From: Burkholderiales bacterium
GTDB lineage: Bacteria; Pseudomonadota; Gammaproteobacteria; Burkholderiales; SHXO01
Reading direction: 5' to 3'
Length of the DNA: 64,000 nucleotides
Assembly (NCBI GenBank): GCA_035499005.1
Contig: DATJZQ010000064.1
Coordinates: 966-64,965, forward strand
The notes beneath the pieces are model-generated. The model saw only the letters and a list, made by a program, of their open reading frames with translations. It was not told the origin of the DNA and ran no database searches. The translations under genes and the position numbers were made by a program. Below are positions 30,764 to 39,417 of the stretch, one piece after another; position 1 is the stretch's first letter; each line of letters begins with the position of its first letter.

Positions 30764-31156
30764 ATGGAAAGCAGGCGGACAGTCTGGAAGATCACCGGTG
30801 TCCTGGCGGCCGCTGGGCTGCTGAACCTCCTGGCCGGGCCGGTCGCAGCCGAAGGAATGAGCTCGAGAAGCGAAGACTCGTTCGCCGCGGCGGCCGTCAG
30901 CGCGTCCCGATCGGATCTCGAAACGGCTCAGACCTCGGACGATACCGGATCAAGCGGTGCGGATGCCCCTCTCGACGGCAGCGCCGGTAGCCTCCCGCCG
31001 TTCGCAGATATTCCGCTGGCGGCCTTGTTCCTGGTGGGGATCTGCGTTCTCGGCGCGGGTCTGGGACCGCACGCGAAGCGCAGCCGCCGCGGTACTGAGC
31101 AGGACACCGCGCTGCCCGAGTCTCACGTCGGGGGCGAAGGCCGCGCTCCGAATTGA
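30764..31156 (+). CDS. hypothetical exported Ser/Asp-rich protein with C-terminal TM helix plus basic cluster
   Basis: ATG at 30764 preceded by GGGGAG. Signal-like WKITGVLAAAGLLNLLAGPVAAEG, an acidic low-complexity middle, then IPLAALFLVGICVLGAGL followed by KRSRR. No recognisable family. Confidence 0.4.
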   Translation: MESRRTVWKITGVLAAAGLLNLLAGPVAAEGMSSRSEDSFAAAAVSASRSDLETAQTSDDTGSSGADAPLDGSAGSLPPFADIPLAALFLVGICVLGAGLGPHAKRSRRGTEQDTALPESHVGGEGRAPN

Positions 31157-31231
31157 CGCCTGCGGCGACGTCCGATTGAAGCAGGTAGATCTTCCTGGAC
31201 CCCGGCTTGCGCCGGGGTGACGCCTGCGGCG

Positions 31232-31732
31232 TCACTTTAACAGCGGGTCGATGACCTCCTGCAGCTGCGCGTAGCTCACGCGCCCGCGCTTCATCCACGC
31301 CACCTTGCCGCTCTTGTCAACGATATAGAGCGTGGGTGTGCCGATGATGTCTCCGAAGTTGTCGTCGGTATGATCATCCCAGCGCCAGGCGATCGGGAAG
31401 GTGAAACCGCGCTCCTTGGAAACCTGCCTGAGCAGCTTCTCGTCATCGTCGATGCTGACGGCGATCAGCTCGAAGCCCTTGTCCTTGTAGGCATCGTAGA
31501 GTTTCTGCCACTGCGGCATCTCCGCCTTGCAGGTCGGGCACCAGGTGGCCCAGAAGTTGACCATCACCACCTTGCCCTTCAGTTGATCCATCGAAACCGG
31601 CTTGCCGGTCAGCAGCACGGTCTTGAGTTTGGCCGCATCGCCCACGTCCGCTCGCGCCGTGGACACGAAAGCCGCCAGGAACGCGAAAAAAGCGGCTCGC
31701 GCCAATTGCCGCAGAATTGCAGGTTGACCCAC
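31232..31732 (-). CDS. TlpA/ResA-family periplasmic thiol:disulfide oxidoreductase
   Basis: 166-aa ORF with a signal peptide and the thioredoxin motif FWATWCPTCKAEMP. Confidence 0.8.
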   Translation of the reverse strand: MGQPAILRQLARAAFFAFLAAFVSTARADVGDAAKLKTVLLTGKPVSMDQLKGKVVMVNFWATWCPTCKAEMPQWQKLYDAYKDKGFELIAVSIDDDEKLLRQVSKERGFTFPIAWRWDDHTDDNFGDIIGTPTLYIVDKSGKVAWMKRGRVSYAQLQEVIDPLLK

Positions 31733-31863
31733 GATCGCCTCTCGACAGGTTCAGTTCAATATAGCCTTTAGTGTACCCGCAAGCGTCAAGGGTTCACATC
31801 GGCCGCAGTTCCCGATCTTGGCAAGAGGGCGCTGCGTCGGTATGGGTCCAGCCAGGCGGTGTT

Positions 31864-32913
31864 TTATCCGCTGGAGCGATCGAGCAGGCTCGCAAGCTCG
31901 GCATCGCGTTGTGCTTTGGGCAAGGCCGCGAGCCGCTTCACTTCGGCATAGAAGCGCTGCAGATCACCATCGCTTTCGCGCAGAATGCGCTGGAAAGCGG
32001 GGACGAGCTGGGTGTAGATGGTGACCGAGGCAAGCTGCGCGTTGTTCAGCGGCTGCTCGAACCAGTGATCGTAGCCGGCGAACCCATCCCAGCTCTGCTT
32101 CAAGCGGCCGTACTCCTCGCGCATCTGTGTGAGGACCTCCTCCTTCCGCGCGCGCATCCGCTGTGCGTCGAGCGGCTCGGCGTACAGCTGGGCCAGCCGA
32201 TCGCGGTAAGCCGCCACGAGCTCGGCGAACGCCTGGCGGCGCGCCTGCTCCCGCTCGAACGCGCGGCGCTGCGCCTCGCTGCCGTGCGCAGCGAGCCAGC
32301 GATCTACACCCTCCCGCTCGACCGTGACCGCGAACGACTCGTTGAAGGTGCTGTCTCCCTGGACGTATACGAGCTGGTGCGCGAGCTCATGGAACATGAG
32401 CTCGGCGATGTCGGCGTCCGGATACTGAACGAAGGTGCTCAATACTGGATCGTCCAGCCACCCGAGAGTTGAATAGGCCGGCACGCCGCCGACGAACACG
32501 TCGTACCGCTGCGCGCGCAACTCCGAGGCAAACTGCTCTGCGCCGGCCTTGCTGAAATAGCCCCGGTACCCGACGCACCCCGCGAAGAGGAAACACCACT
32601 CCTTGGGCTTCACGGAAAATTCGGGAGCGGCAAAAACGTTCCAGACAACGTAGGGCCGCCCGATGTCGGCATAGCTGCGGTAGCTCCCGTTGTCCGGCAG
32701 GTGCAGCTCGCGGCTCGCGAAATCGCGCATCTCGACAACCCCCTCGAGCTTGGCTTTGAGCTCGGCGCTGGTGGCTGGATCGGCCGTGACCTTCGCGATC
32801 GGCTGCGCCTTGCGCGTGAGCTCCATTTGGCCGCTGACGGCCTGAAAGTAGTAACCAATGCTGGAACAGCCAGCAGCGGGCACAAACGCCAGCACCAGCG
32901 CGCAAACGAGCAA
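31864..32913 (-). CDS. predicted zinc aminopeptidase (putative aminopeptidase/DUF2265-type family)
   Basis: 349-aa ORF with a lipoprotein-like N-terminus (FVPAAGCSS) and an HELAHQ zinc motif. Overall resemblance to the 'predicted aminopeptidase' family. Confidence 0.7.
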   Translation of the reverse strand: MLVCALVLAFVPAAGCSSIGYYFQAVSGQMELTRKAQPIAKVTADPATSAELKAKLEGVVEMRDFASRELHLPDNGSYRSYADIGRPYVVWNVFAAPEFSVKPKEWCFLFAGCVGYRGYFSKAGAEQFASELRAQRYDVFVGGVPAYSTLGWLDDPVLSTFVQYPDADIAELMFHELAHQLVYVQGDSTFNESFAVTVEREGVDRWLAAHGSEAQRRAFEREQARRQAFAELVAAYRDRLAQLYAEPLDAQRMRARKEEVLTQMREEYGRLKQSWDGFAGYDHWFEQPLNNAQLASVTIYTQLVPAFQRILRESDGDLQRFYAEVKRLAALPKAQRDAELASLLDRSSG

Positions 32914-32917
32914 TCCG

Positions 32918-33577
32918 TTAGCCGCGCGTGAAATGACCCAGCTCCAGGAAGCTTCGGATCTCGTGTGCCACTCGTCCGGACAGCATCATGCCCGAGTGGC
33001 TGAGCGGCAGGCACAGGTGATCCCGGAGCCCCGGCATGCGCGTTTCGTCCACGCAGACCGCGCCGTCGTTGGGCACGGGCAGCTCGATGAACAGGCTGCC
33101 GAGGCCAAAGCGCACGGTGCCCGCGATCATGCCCACCTCTGATCGGGCCGCGACGGCGGCGCCGCGGTCCGCGCTCCAATCGAGCAGCGCGGTCCCGATT
33201 AAGGTTCGCGCATGCCCGTGCTTCGCGATGCGCTGAGCGGCGCGCGAGCCCGTGACCGGCGTGCCGAGCAACACCACACGCCCGGCAGGCGCTCGAGGAT
33301 GCGCTGCGAGCATATTCAGTACCGCGAGGCCGCCCAGGCTATGACCGACGAAGTCCACCCGTGCCGCGCCCAGCAGCGAGACGAAACGTGCCAGGCGCGA
33401 TGCAATCTCGTCCAGCGTGAGCCGCGTCGATGGATAGGAGAAGGCCGCCACCCGGTAGCCAAATCGCGCCAGCCGCAACCGCAGCAGCGCGAAGACCGCG
33501 CCCGTCATCCACAGTCCATGCACGACTACTACCGTTCGGCACGCCGAGCGCTCCGCATCACTGATGTTTTTCTGCAT
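32918..33577 (-). CDS. alpha/beta hydrolase (esterase/lipase-like)
   Basis: VVVVHGLWMTG oxyanion region and GHSLGG nucleophile elbow. Start set at MQKNISD (33577). Confidence 0.7.
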   Translation of the reverse strand: MQKNISDAERSACRTVVVVHGLWMTGAVFALLRLRLARFGYRVAAFSYPSTRLTLDEIASRLARFVSLLGAARVDFVGHSLGGLAVLNMLAAHPRAPAGRVVLLGTPVTGSRAAQRIAKHGHARTLIGTALLDWSADRGAAVAARSEVGMIAGTVRFGLGSLFIELPVPNDGAVCVDETRMPGLRDHLCLPLSHSGMMLSGRVAHEIRSFLELGHFTRG

Positions 33578-33675
33578 TCCCTCGCCGATTATAGACTGCG
33601 CGTGCGTTAGCGCCCGCGCGCAGGCAGCATCGACTCGGGCGACTTGGCTTGCCGGTCGGTTAAGCCGGAGATACC

Positions 33676-34017
33676 ATGCGCCCACGAGCCAGGTCGCCGA
33701 GAACGGAGGATCAATTGGACGCAGTCACCAAAGAAAAGCTGATCGAGGATCTGAAAGTCGTCGCGCAGGACGTCGAGGAGCTGCTCAAGGCGACTGCCAG
33801 CCAGACCAGCGAAAGGATCGCGGCAGCGCGCGAGCGCGCCGAGGAGTCGTTGCGCAGCGCGCGCATGCGCTGGGCGGACGCGAGCGATGAGGCTGCGGCC
33901 AAGGCGCGTGCCGCGGCCGGCGCGGCTGAGGACTATGTCCGCGACAATCCGTGGCAGGCCATCGGCATCGCGGCCGGTGTTGGACTGCTGATCGGGCTTC
34001 TCATCGGCCGGCGCTGA
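33676..34017 (+). CDS. ElaB/YqjD/DUF883-family membrane-anchored (ribosome-associated) protein
   Basis: 113-aa helical protein ending DYVRDNPWQAIGIAAGVGLLIGLLIGRR, the family-typical C-terminal anchor. GGAGA Shine-Dalgarno sequence before the ATG. Confidence 0.8.
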   Translation: MRPRARSPRTEDQLDAVTKEKLIEDLKVVAQDVEELLKATASQTSERIAAARERAEESLRSARMRWADASDEAAAKARAAAGAAEDYVRDNPWQAIGIAAGVGLLIGLLIGRR

Positions 34018-34412
34018 TGGCCGAGTCAAAGGCGCCCGGCGAGGCTCGTCTCGGGCTGGTCGATTCCGTGAAGGCGCTGCTGTCGACCCTGGTTGCGATC
34101 GCGCATAACCGGCTGGAGTTGTTGTCTACCGAGCTGCACGAGGAGGTCGAACGTGTGGCGCTGCTGGTTCTGTGGGGTGCAGTCGCGCTGTTCTTTGCGT
34201 TTCTCGCGGTGGTCTTCATCGCGGTGCTGATCCTGGTCGCGTTCTGGGAAAGCCGGGTGCTCACCGCATCGCTGCTGGCCGTTGCCTTCCTCGCGCTTGC
34301 GCTTGTTGCAGGTCTCGTCGCGCGGCATCAGATTGCGGCCAAGCCGCGTCCGTTCGACGCCAGTCTGAACGAGCTCGCAAAGGATCGCGAGCAGCTCACG
34401 CCGCGGCCGTGA
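34017..34412 (+). CDS. YqjE-like phage-holin-family membrane protein
   Basis: Start overlaps the previous stop (TGATG). Contains LLSTLVAIAHNRLELLSTELHEEVERV followed by two TM helices, as in YqjE. Confidence 0.75.
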   Translation: MAESKAPGEARLGLVDSVKALLSTLVAIAHNRLELLSTELHEEVERVALLVLWGAVALFFAFLAVVFIAVLILVAFWESRVLTASLLAVAFLALALVAGLVARHQIAAKPRPFDASLNELAKDREQLTPRP

Positions 34413-34714
34413 TCACGCGCCCTAGACAGCTCGCTGCCCGACGCGCTGCGCTGGTCGCGCAAGCCGCATCGCTGCGCACCCGCGCGGCCGACGCGAGCGC
34501 CGAGATCCAGCGCACGCTGGGCTGGGCCGAACGCGGCGTGGCGCTGGTTCGAGGCGCAACGCGCAGACCCGTTGTGGTCGGCCTGGCGGCAGCCGCGCTT
34601 GCAGTGCTGATCGCAAAGCCCCGGCAGGCCGCCACCTGGTTGAGCTATGGCCTGACGGCCTATAGCGTGCTGCGCCGGATTCGGCGCGCGCTCGCTACGT
34701 CCGCAGAGGACTGA
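34409..34714 (+). CDS. YqjK-like protein
   Basis: GTG at 34409 overlaps the yqjE-like stop (GTGA). 101-aa Arg/Ala-rich protein with one TM segment (VVVGLAAAALAVLIA). Assigned mainly by position after yqjD/yqjE-like genes. Confidence 0.55.
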   Translation: MITRPRQLAARRAALVAQAASLRTRAADASAEIQRTLGWAERGVALVRGATRRPVVVGLAAAALAVLIAKPRQAATWLSYGLTAYSVLRRIRRALATSAED

Positions 34715-34753
34715 CCAGCGGTCTTCCACAAAGGCATAGCCTGCCGACCGCGC

Positions 34754-34785
34754 CAAAAAAGAGGCGGCCGCTTCGCGGCCGCCTC
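34754..34785 (-). terminator. rho-independent terminator of the 34810..35166 gene
   Basis: Reverse strand reads GAGGCGGCCG-CGAAG-CGGCCGCCTC followed by TTTTTTGG. Confidence 0.75.
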
Positions 34786-34809
34786 TGGGTCCGAACGGAA
34801 CGGATCGGC

Positions 34810-35166
34810 CTAGTTGCTCTTGCTGCCTTCGATGCCAGCCGTGGCCTTATCCGCAGGCGTAGTGGCGCGCTGCATGTTGGTACGAGCGGCAACGTCCGCG
34901 TCGTAGGTCACCCCGACCTCGTTGTGGGTCGCTTCACCGCGCTGCATGTTGGTGCGCTCTGCGACGTCCTTGTCGTAGGCGATGCCGACCTTGGTGCGCG
35001 ACGAGTTCAGATAGGTCACGCGGTCCGTGCCCTGCAGGCCGCCCGCGTTGCCATACCACTTGTCTACCGTGCTCAGGTCACCCGAAGTGACCACGTCCGC
35101 CGCGTAGGCGTTCGCGGCGATCGCAGTGACGGCAGCGATAGCGGAAAGAAGAAGCTTTGTCCTCAT
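34810..35166 (-). CDS. small secreted protein with duplicated (G/V)(I/V)(A/T)YD(K/A)DVA(E/A)RTNM motif (paralogue 1)
   Basis: Signal peptide MRTKLLLSAIAAVTAIAANAYA, conserved WYGNAGGLQGTDRV, then two internal repeats. GGAGA Shine-Dalgarno sequence before the ATG at 35166, and a clean terminator. Paralogue of 35529..35903. Confidence 0.7.
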   Translation of the reverse strand: MRTKLLLSAIAAVTAIAANAYAADVVTSGDLSTVDKWYGNAGGLQGTDRVTYLNSSRTKVGIAYDKDVAERTNMQRGEATHNEVGVTYDADVAARTNMQRATTPADKATAGIEGSKSN

Positions 35167-35287
35167 GTTCGTCTCCATGACAGTTTGCCGTTGCGTTGAT
35201 CCTCATGCCCGCAGGCCAGGGACCCCATTGCTCGACCGGCTGGTCGCCTGCCAGGGCCGACGCACCGATACGATTGGCGCAGTGTAG

Positions 35288-35305
35288 GCGCGCAACGTTG
35301 CGCGC
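35288..35305. promoter_or_regulatory. perfect 18-bp palindrome GCGCGCAACGTTGCGCGC upstream of paralogue 1
   Basis: Read directly from the sequence. Lies about 120 nt upstream of the 35166 start, in a locally AT-richer intergenic region. Candidate operator or RNA hairpin. Confidence 0.3.
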
Positions 35306-35463
35306 TCTTGAACGTGATTGCCATTCTTTTGTACGTTCTTGTTATGGAGAAATTCCTACATAGAAAATTCATGCGGATTTCGCATGACAGAAATGCCGAA
35401 TCCGGCATCATGGCAGTGTGTCGCCGTCGAGAAACAACGCCGCTGTGAACTGGATCACACCGG

Positions 35464-35490
35464 CAAAAAAATGCCCCGCGTCAGCGGGGC
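35464..35490 (-). terminator. rho-independent terminator of the 35529..35903 gene
   Basis: Reverse strand reads GCCCCGC-TGAC-GCGGGGC followed by ATTTTTTTGCC. Confidence 0.8.
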
Positions 35491-35528
35491 GAAACCTCAC
35501 TCAGGGAGGAGACCCTGTAAGGGGAGAT

Positions 35529-35903
35529 CTACTTGTTGGTCACGCCGGCTTCCTGGATCGGCGTCGATTTCTGGCCGCGCGGCAGGTTGGTGCGCTCGGC
35601 AACGTCCTTGTCGTAAGCGATCCCGGCGGTCGTGCTCGGCGCCTCGTGACGTGGCATGTTGGTGCGCTCCGCAACGTCCTTGTCATACGCGATGCCGACC
35701 TCCTTGCCTTCCGAAGTGGATTTGCCCAGCACCATCACGCGGTCGGTGCCCTGCAGCCCGCCGGCGTTGCCATACCACTGGCTCATCTGTTCGACATTGC
35801 CACTCTTGAGGATATCGCTGCCGGCAACGGCTGAACCGACCGAGAGCGCGCCGAGCACGGCGGCCACAGCTACCTGAACCTTCAGATTCGACTTCATCGT
35901 CAT
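35529..35903 (-). CDS. small secreted protein with duplicated GIAYDKDVAERTN(M/L) motif (paralogue 2)
   Basis: ATG at 35903 preceded by AGGAGA. Signal peptide ending SAVAG, conserved WYGNAGGLQGTDRV, and two near-identical GIAYDKDVAERTN repeats. The long 5' part of the track ORF (to 36203) was rejected. Confidence 0.7.
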   Translation of the reverse strand: MTMKSNLKVQVAVAAVLGALSVGSAVAGSDILKSGNVEQMSQWYGNAGGLQGTDRVMVLGKSTSEGKEVGIAYDKDVAERTNMPRHEAPSTTAGIAYDKDVAERTNLPRGQKSTPIQEAGVTNK

Positions 35904-36201
35904 GACGATCTCCTGCTGACTGATTTTGGGCGACTTCACCCTACCCGCGGACCTCCTTTCAGAGGGTCCGCCCTCGCACCGTTTCGGCTGGCTCTCCGCC
36001 GTCGCTTCGCGAGTCCCGCTGCGGAAATTTCGCTGCCGGCGAAACTCCATCCGCGGAGCCGGTTGAGAGCCCGCAACATTTAAAGGCGGTGCTGCGGTGC
36101 GTGGCGCGATTCTGCGCGAGGCGCATGGTGCGTTCCATTGCACTTTCGGCATAGTCCGCGGGTAATAGACTTGCTCGCCGAGCGAGCGCGGCAGCACAGG
36201 C

Positions 36202-38091
36202 ATGAAACCTGCACGCGGCTCACTTCAACCCATGCGTAGTCTCGAGCAATACCGCGATCTGGTTGCCCAGGCGGAGTTGACCGCTGCCGCCCATCCGCTC
36301 CGGTACAGGTTGCAGCTAGGCCTGTTTGCCGCGCTGGGCATCGGCTACGTCGGACTGCTGGCGTCCCTCGCCGCGGCGTCCGCGCTGTTCGTGATCGGCC
36401 TGATCGTGGTGTCCAAGAGTATCCTGCTGGTCAAGGTCGCGCTGCTGCCGCTCGGCCTCGCTTACGTCGTGGGTCGCACGCTTTGGTTTCGGCTGCCCGC
36501 GCCGCAAGGTCGGCGAATGAGCCCGGACGAGGTCCCCGCGCTGTTCCGCGAAATCGAGCACGTGCGCCGCAGCGTACGTGCCAAGCCCGTGCAAGAAGTG
36601 CTGCTCACGCCCAGCTTCAACGCCGCCGTCGTGCAAACCCCTCGCCTCGGCATGCTGGGCTGGCCCAAGCGCTATCTGGTCATCGGGCTGCCGCTGCTCG
36701 CCAGTCTGCCGCCGTATCAGTTCCGCGCCGTGCTGGCGCACGAGTTTGCGCACCTCGCCCGCAACCACGCCAGCTTCGGCAACTGGATCTATCGCATCCG
36801 GGAAACCTGGTACCGGATCCTGGATGCGCTCGAGCCTCGGCACGGCACGCTCTGCGCCTGGTTGACGGGCTTCTTCCGCTGGTACGCGCCGTACTTCAAC
36901 GCTTACAGCTTCGCCTTGGCCCGGGCCAACGAGTACGAGGCCGACCGCGAAAGCGCAAGGGTGACCAGCCAGGAAGATGCCGCCGATGCCCTTGTCGCCG
37001 TCTATGCCAAGAGCGAGTACATCGAATCGCGCTTTTGGAGCGAGTTCTACGGCCGTGCCGAAGGTCAGCCGGAGCCTCCGCCCGAGGCATTCTCGGAATA
37101 TGTCGCCGCGCTGCGCAGCGTGCCGATGGATCAGGCGCACGCGGCGCTCGCCGGCGCGCTGACGCGCGAAACCGGGCTGAGCGACACTCATCCGTCGCTG
37201 AAAGACAGACTCGCGGCGTTGCGCTCGAAACCGAGCGTCCCGCCAAGCTTCCAGCTATCGGCCGCGCACACCCTCCTGCGCAACAAACGCCAGCCCTTGA
37301 TGCAGGAATTCGATCAGCTCTGGCGCGAGTCCCTCGCTGGACCTTGGCATGAACGGCACCACTATCTCGTGCAAGCCCGCTCCAAGCTCGGGCGTTACGA
37401 GTCCGCGCAGGCAGAGCGGGAGTTGAGTGAAGAGGAGCACTGGGACTACGCCTGCTCGGTCGAGGTGTTGCAGGGCGGCCGAGCGGCTCTGCCGCTGCTC
37501 GACGCGCTGCTCGCACGCGCGCCAGCGCACGCCCCCGCCTACTATGCGCGCGGGCGCATCCTCCTCGACGAGGACGAAGAGCGCGGCGTCGCCGATCTCG
37601 AGACTGCGATGCAGCTCGACGAGTCGGTGCGCGAGCCCGGTTCCAAGCTGCTGTATACGTACTTCTACTCGCGCAACCAGCTTTCACGCTGCGACCGATA
37701 CCGCAGCATGCTGTCTCAGGCCGCGCACGAGCGCCGCGCGGCGTCTGCCGAGCGCAGCCTGCTGAGGCGTGGCGACCTGCTGCTCCCGCATGGACTGCCG
37801 CCCGCGGAGCTGTTGGCGTGGCGGGCCGTTCTGTCGAGCGAAAACGGGCTGAAGCGCGCCTGGCTGGCGCGCAAACAGGTGCGGCACCTGCAGGCCGTAC
37901 CCGCCTATGTCCTGGTGATCGAATTCCGCGCCCTCAAGTGGGTGGGCGCAACCACTCTGCAGCGCATGGCGCAGTCGCTGCCGGATAGCGTGAGCTGCCT
38001 CGTGCTCAACAAGGCCGCCAGGCGGCGCGCCTGGCGCCAGGTCGCGAGGGTCGACGGCTCGCTGATTTTCGCGTCCGGCGCAGGGCGCTGA
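36202..38091 (+). CDS. membrane-anchored M48-family zinc metallopeptidase with extended C-terminal helical region
   Basis: 629-aa ORF with N-terminal TM helices and the HEFAHLARNH (HExxH) motif with downstream NEYEADRE. The C-terminal ~250 aa are TPR-like or uncharacterised. Confidence 0.75.
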   Translation: MKPARGSLQPMRSLEQYRDLVAQAELTAAAHPLRYRLQLGLFAALGIGYVGLLASLAAASALFVIGLIVVSKSILLVKVALLPLGLAYVVGRTLWFRLPAPQGRRMSPDEVPALFREIEHVRRSVRAKPVQEVLLTPSFNAAVVQTPRLGMLGWPKRYLVIGLPLLASLPPYQFRAVLAHEFAHLARNHASFGNWIYRIRETWYRILDALEPRHGTLCAWLTGFFRWYAPYFNAYSFALARANEYEADRESARVTSQEDAADALVAVYAKSEYIESRFWSEFYGRAEGQPEPPPEAFSEYVAALRSVPMDQAHAALAGALTRETGLSDTHPSLKDRLAALRSKPSVPPSFQLSAAHTLLRNKRQPLMQEFDQLWRESLAGPWHERHHYLVQARSKLGRYESAQAERELSEEEHWDYACSVEVLQGGRAALPLLDALLARAPAHAPAYYARGRILLDEDEERGVADLETAMQLDESVREPGSKLLYTYFYSRNQLSRCDRYRSMLSQAAHERRAASAERSLLRRGDLLLPHGLPPAELLAWRAVLSSENGLKRAWLARKQVRHLQAVPAYVLVIEFRALKWVGATTLQRMAQSLPDSVSCLVLNKAARRRAWRQVARVDGSLIFASGAGR

Positions 38092-38112
38092 CATCGCCCC
38101 TCGCGCCTTGCG

Positions 38113-39276
38113 TCACCGCCGCAGCGGCCGAAAAAACGCCCTCACCTCGCGCGCCAGCGCCTCCGGCTGCTCGAGCGCGGCGAAGTGCCCACCTCTGTCC
38201 ATCTTGGTCCAGCGCTGGATGTTGTAGACCTTCTCCGCCACGGACCGCGGCGGGTGGAGCATCTCGTGCGGGAACTCGGCATAGCCGGTGGGAGCGCGGA
38301 TGTACGCGCCTTCGGGGATCGGCCACGGGTTGCGCAGGCGCGCGTAGTAGGGCCAGAACGATGAGCCGATCGCCCCGGTAAGCCAGTACAGCATGATGTT
38401 GGTGAGCAGCTCGTCCTTGTTGAAGATGCTCTCCGGGTCGCCACCGCAGTCGCTCCAGGAGCGAAACTTCTCCATGATCCAGGCGGCCAGCCCAACGGGA
38501 GAATCGCTCAACCCGAACGCCAGGGTCTGTGGCTTGGTCCCCTGTATCCACTGGTAGCCGGTCTCCTCCTTGATCCAATGTTGCAGCTGCTCGAGGAATG
38601 CTTTCTCTTCCGCCGTCGGGTTCGCCAGCATGGCGGGATCACGCCGCACCGCGAGCATGTTGAGATGAATGCCGTACAGCCGCTCGGCGTACATCAATCC
38701 CAGGCGCGATGTCACGAAGGCTCCCCAATCGCCGCCTTGCGCGGCAAAGCGCGGATACCCGAGCACGCCGGTCATCAGCTCGGCAAACGCATCAGCAATC
38801 TGCTCTACGCTGAAGCGCGGCTGGCCGGGTCGGAACGAGAAGCCGTACCCGGGCAGCGACGGCGCCACCACGGTGAAGGCGTCAGCCGCGTCGGCGCCGA
38901 AGCGCGCGGGGTCGGTGAGCATCGGAATGATCTTGTGGAACTCGAACACCGATCCGGGCCAGCCGTGCGAAAGAAGAAGCGGAATGGGCCTGGGGCCCTT
39001 GCCGGGCTGGTGGATGAAGTGGACGTCGATGCCGGCGAGCGCCACGGTGAACTGACTAAAGGCATTGAGCCTGGCCTCCTGCGCGCGCCAGTCGAAACGC
39101 TCGCGCCAGTAGTCCACCAGCTGCTTCATGTAGGCCACGCTCGTCCCGGTGCTCCAAGGGCCCAACGGCGGTTCGTCCGGCCAACGCACGCGGGCGAGGC
39201 GTGCGCGCAGATCGGCGAGCGCATCGTCGGGGATACGGATCTCAAAAGGCTTGGGGATGATCTCTGCGTTCGTCAT
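38113..39276 (-). CDS. epoxide hydrolase (microsomal-type, N-terminal EHN domain plus alpha/beta fold)
   Basis: 387-aa ORF with FEIRIPDDALADLRARLARVRWPDE (EHN domain), HGWPGS, and the GGDWG nucleophile motif. Confidence 0.85.
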   Translation of the reverse strand: MTNAEIIPKPFEIRIPDDALADLRARLARVRWPDEPPLGPWSTGTSVAYMKQLVDYWRERFDWRAQEARLNAFSQFTVALAGIDVHFIHQPGKGPRPIPLLLSHGWPGSVFEFHKIIPMLTDPARFGADAADAFTVVAPSLPGYGFSFRPGQPRFSVEQIADAFAELMTGVLGYPRFAAQGGDWGAFVTSRLGLMYAERLYGIHLNMLAVRRDPAMLANPTAEEKAFLEQLQHWIKEETGYQWIQGTKPQTLAFGLSDSPVGLAAWIMEKFRSWSDCGGDPESIFNKDELLTNIMLYWLTGAIGSSFWPYYARLRNPWPIPEGAYIRAPTGYAEFPHEMLHPPRSVAEKVYNIQRWTKMDRGGHFAALEQPEALAREVRAFFRPLRR

Positions 39277-39417
39277 CGCCTTGTCCCTCGCTGTGGCATC
39301 TCATTCTTCCAGGCGGACAATGTTGGCGCAATCAGACAAGCGATTGGCGCAGAGCGTCCTTCGCCCGTCGCATGCTCCTCGGTATGGTTCAGCCTCGCAC
39401 AACCGAGGAGGACAAGG

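Noticed and set aside
31200-31234. Hairpins CCCCGGC-TTGC-GCCGGGG and TGACGCC-TGC-GGCGTCA between convergent genes, considered as terminators
   Set aside because: No U-tract follows on either strand. They may still act as RNA stabilisers, but the evidence is too weak to annotate a terminator.
35904-36203. 100-codon N-terminal extension of the secreted paralogue 2 ORF
   Set aside because: An internal ATG at 35903 has a good AGGAGA Shine-Dalgarno sequence and yields a signal peptide aligned with paralogue 1. The extension is Arg/Pro-rich and reaches into the divergent M48 gene start.
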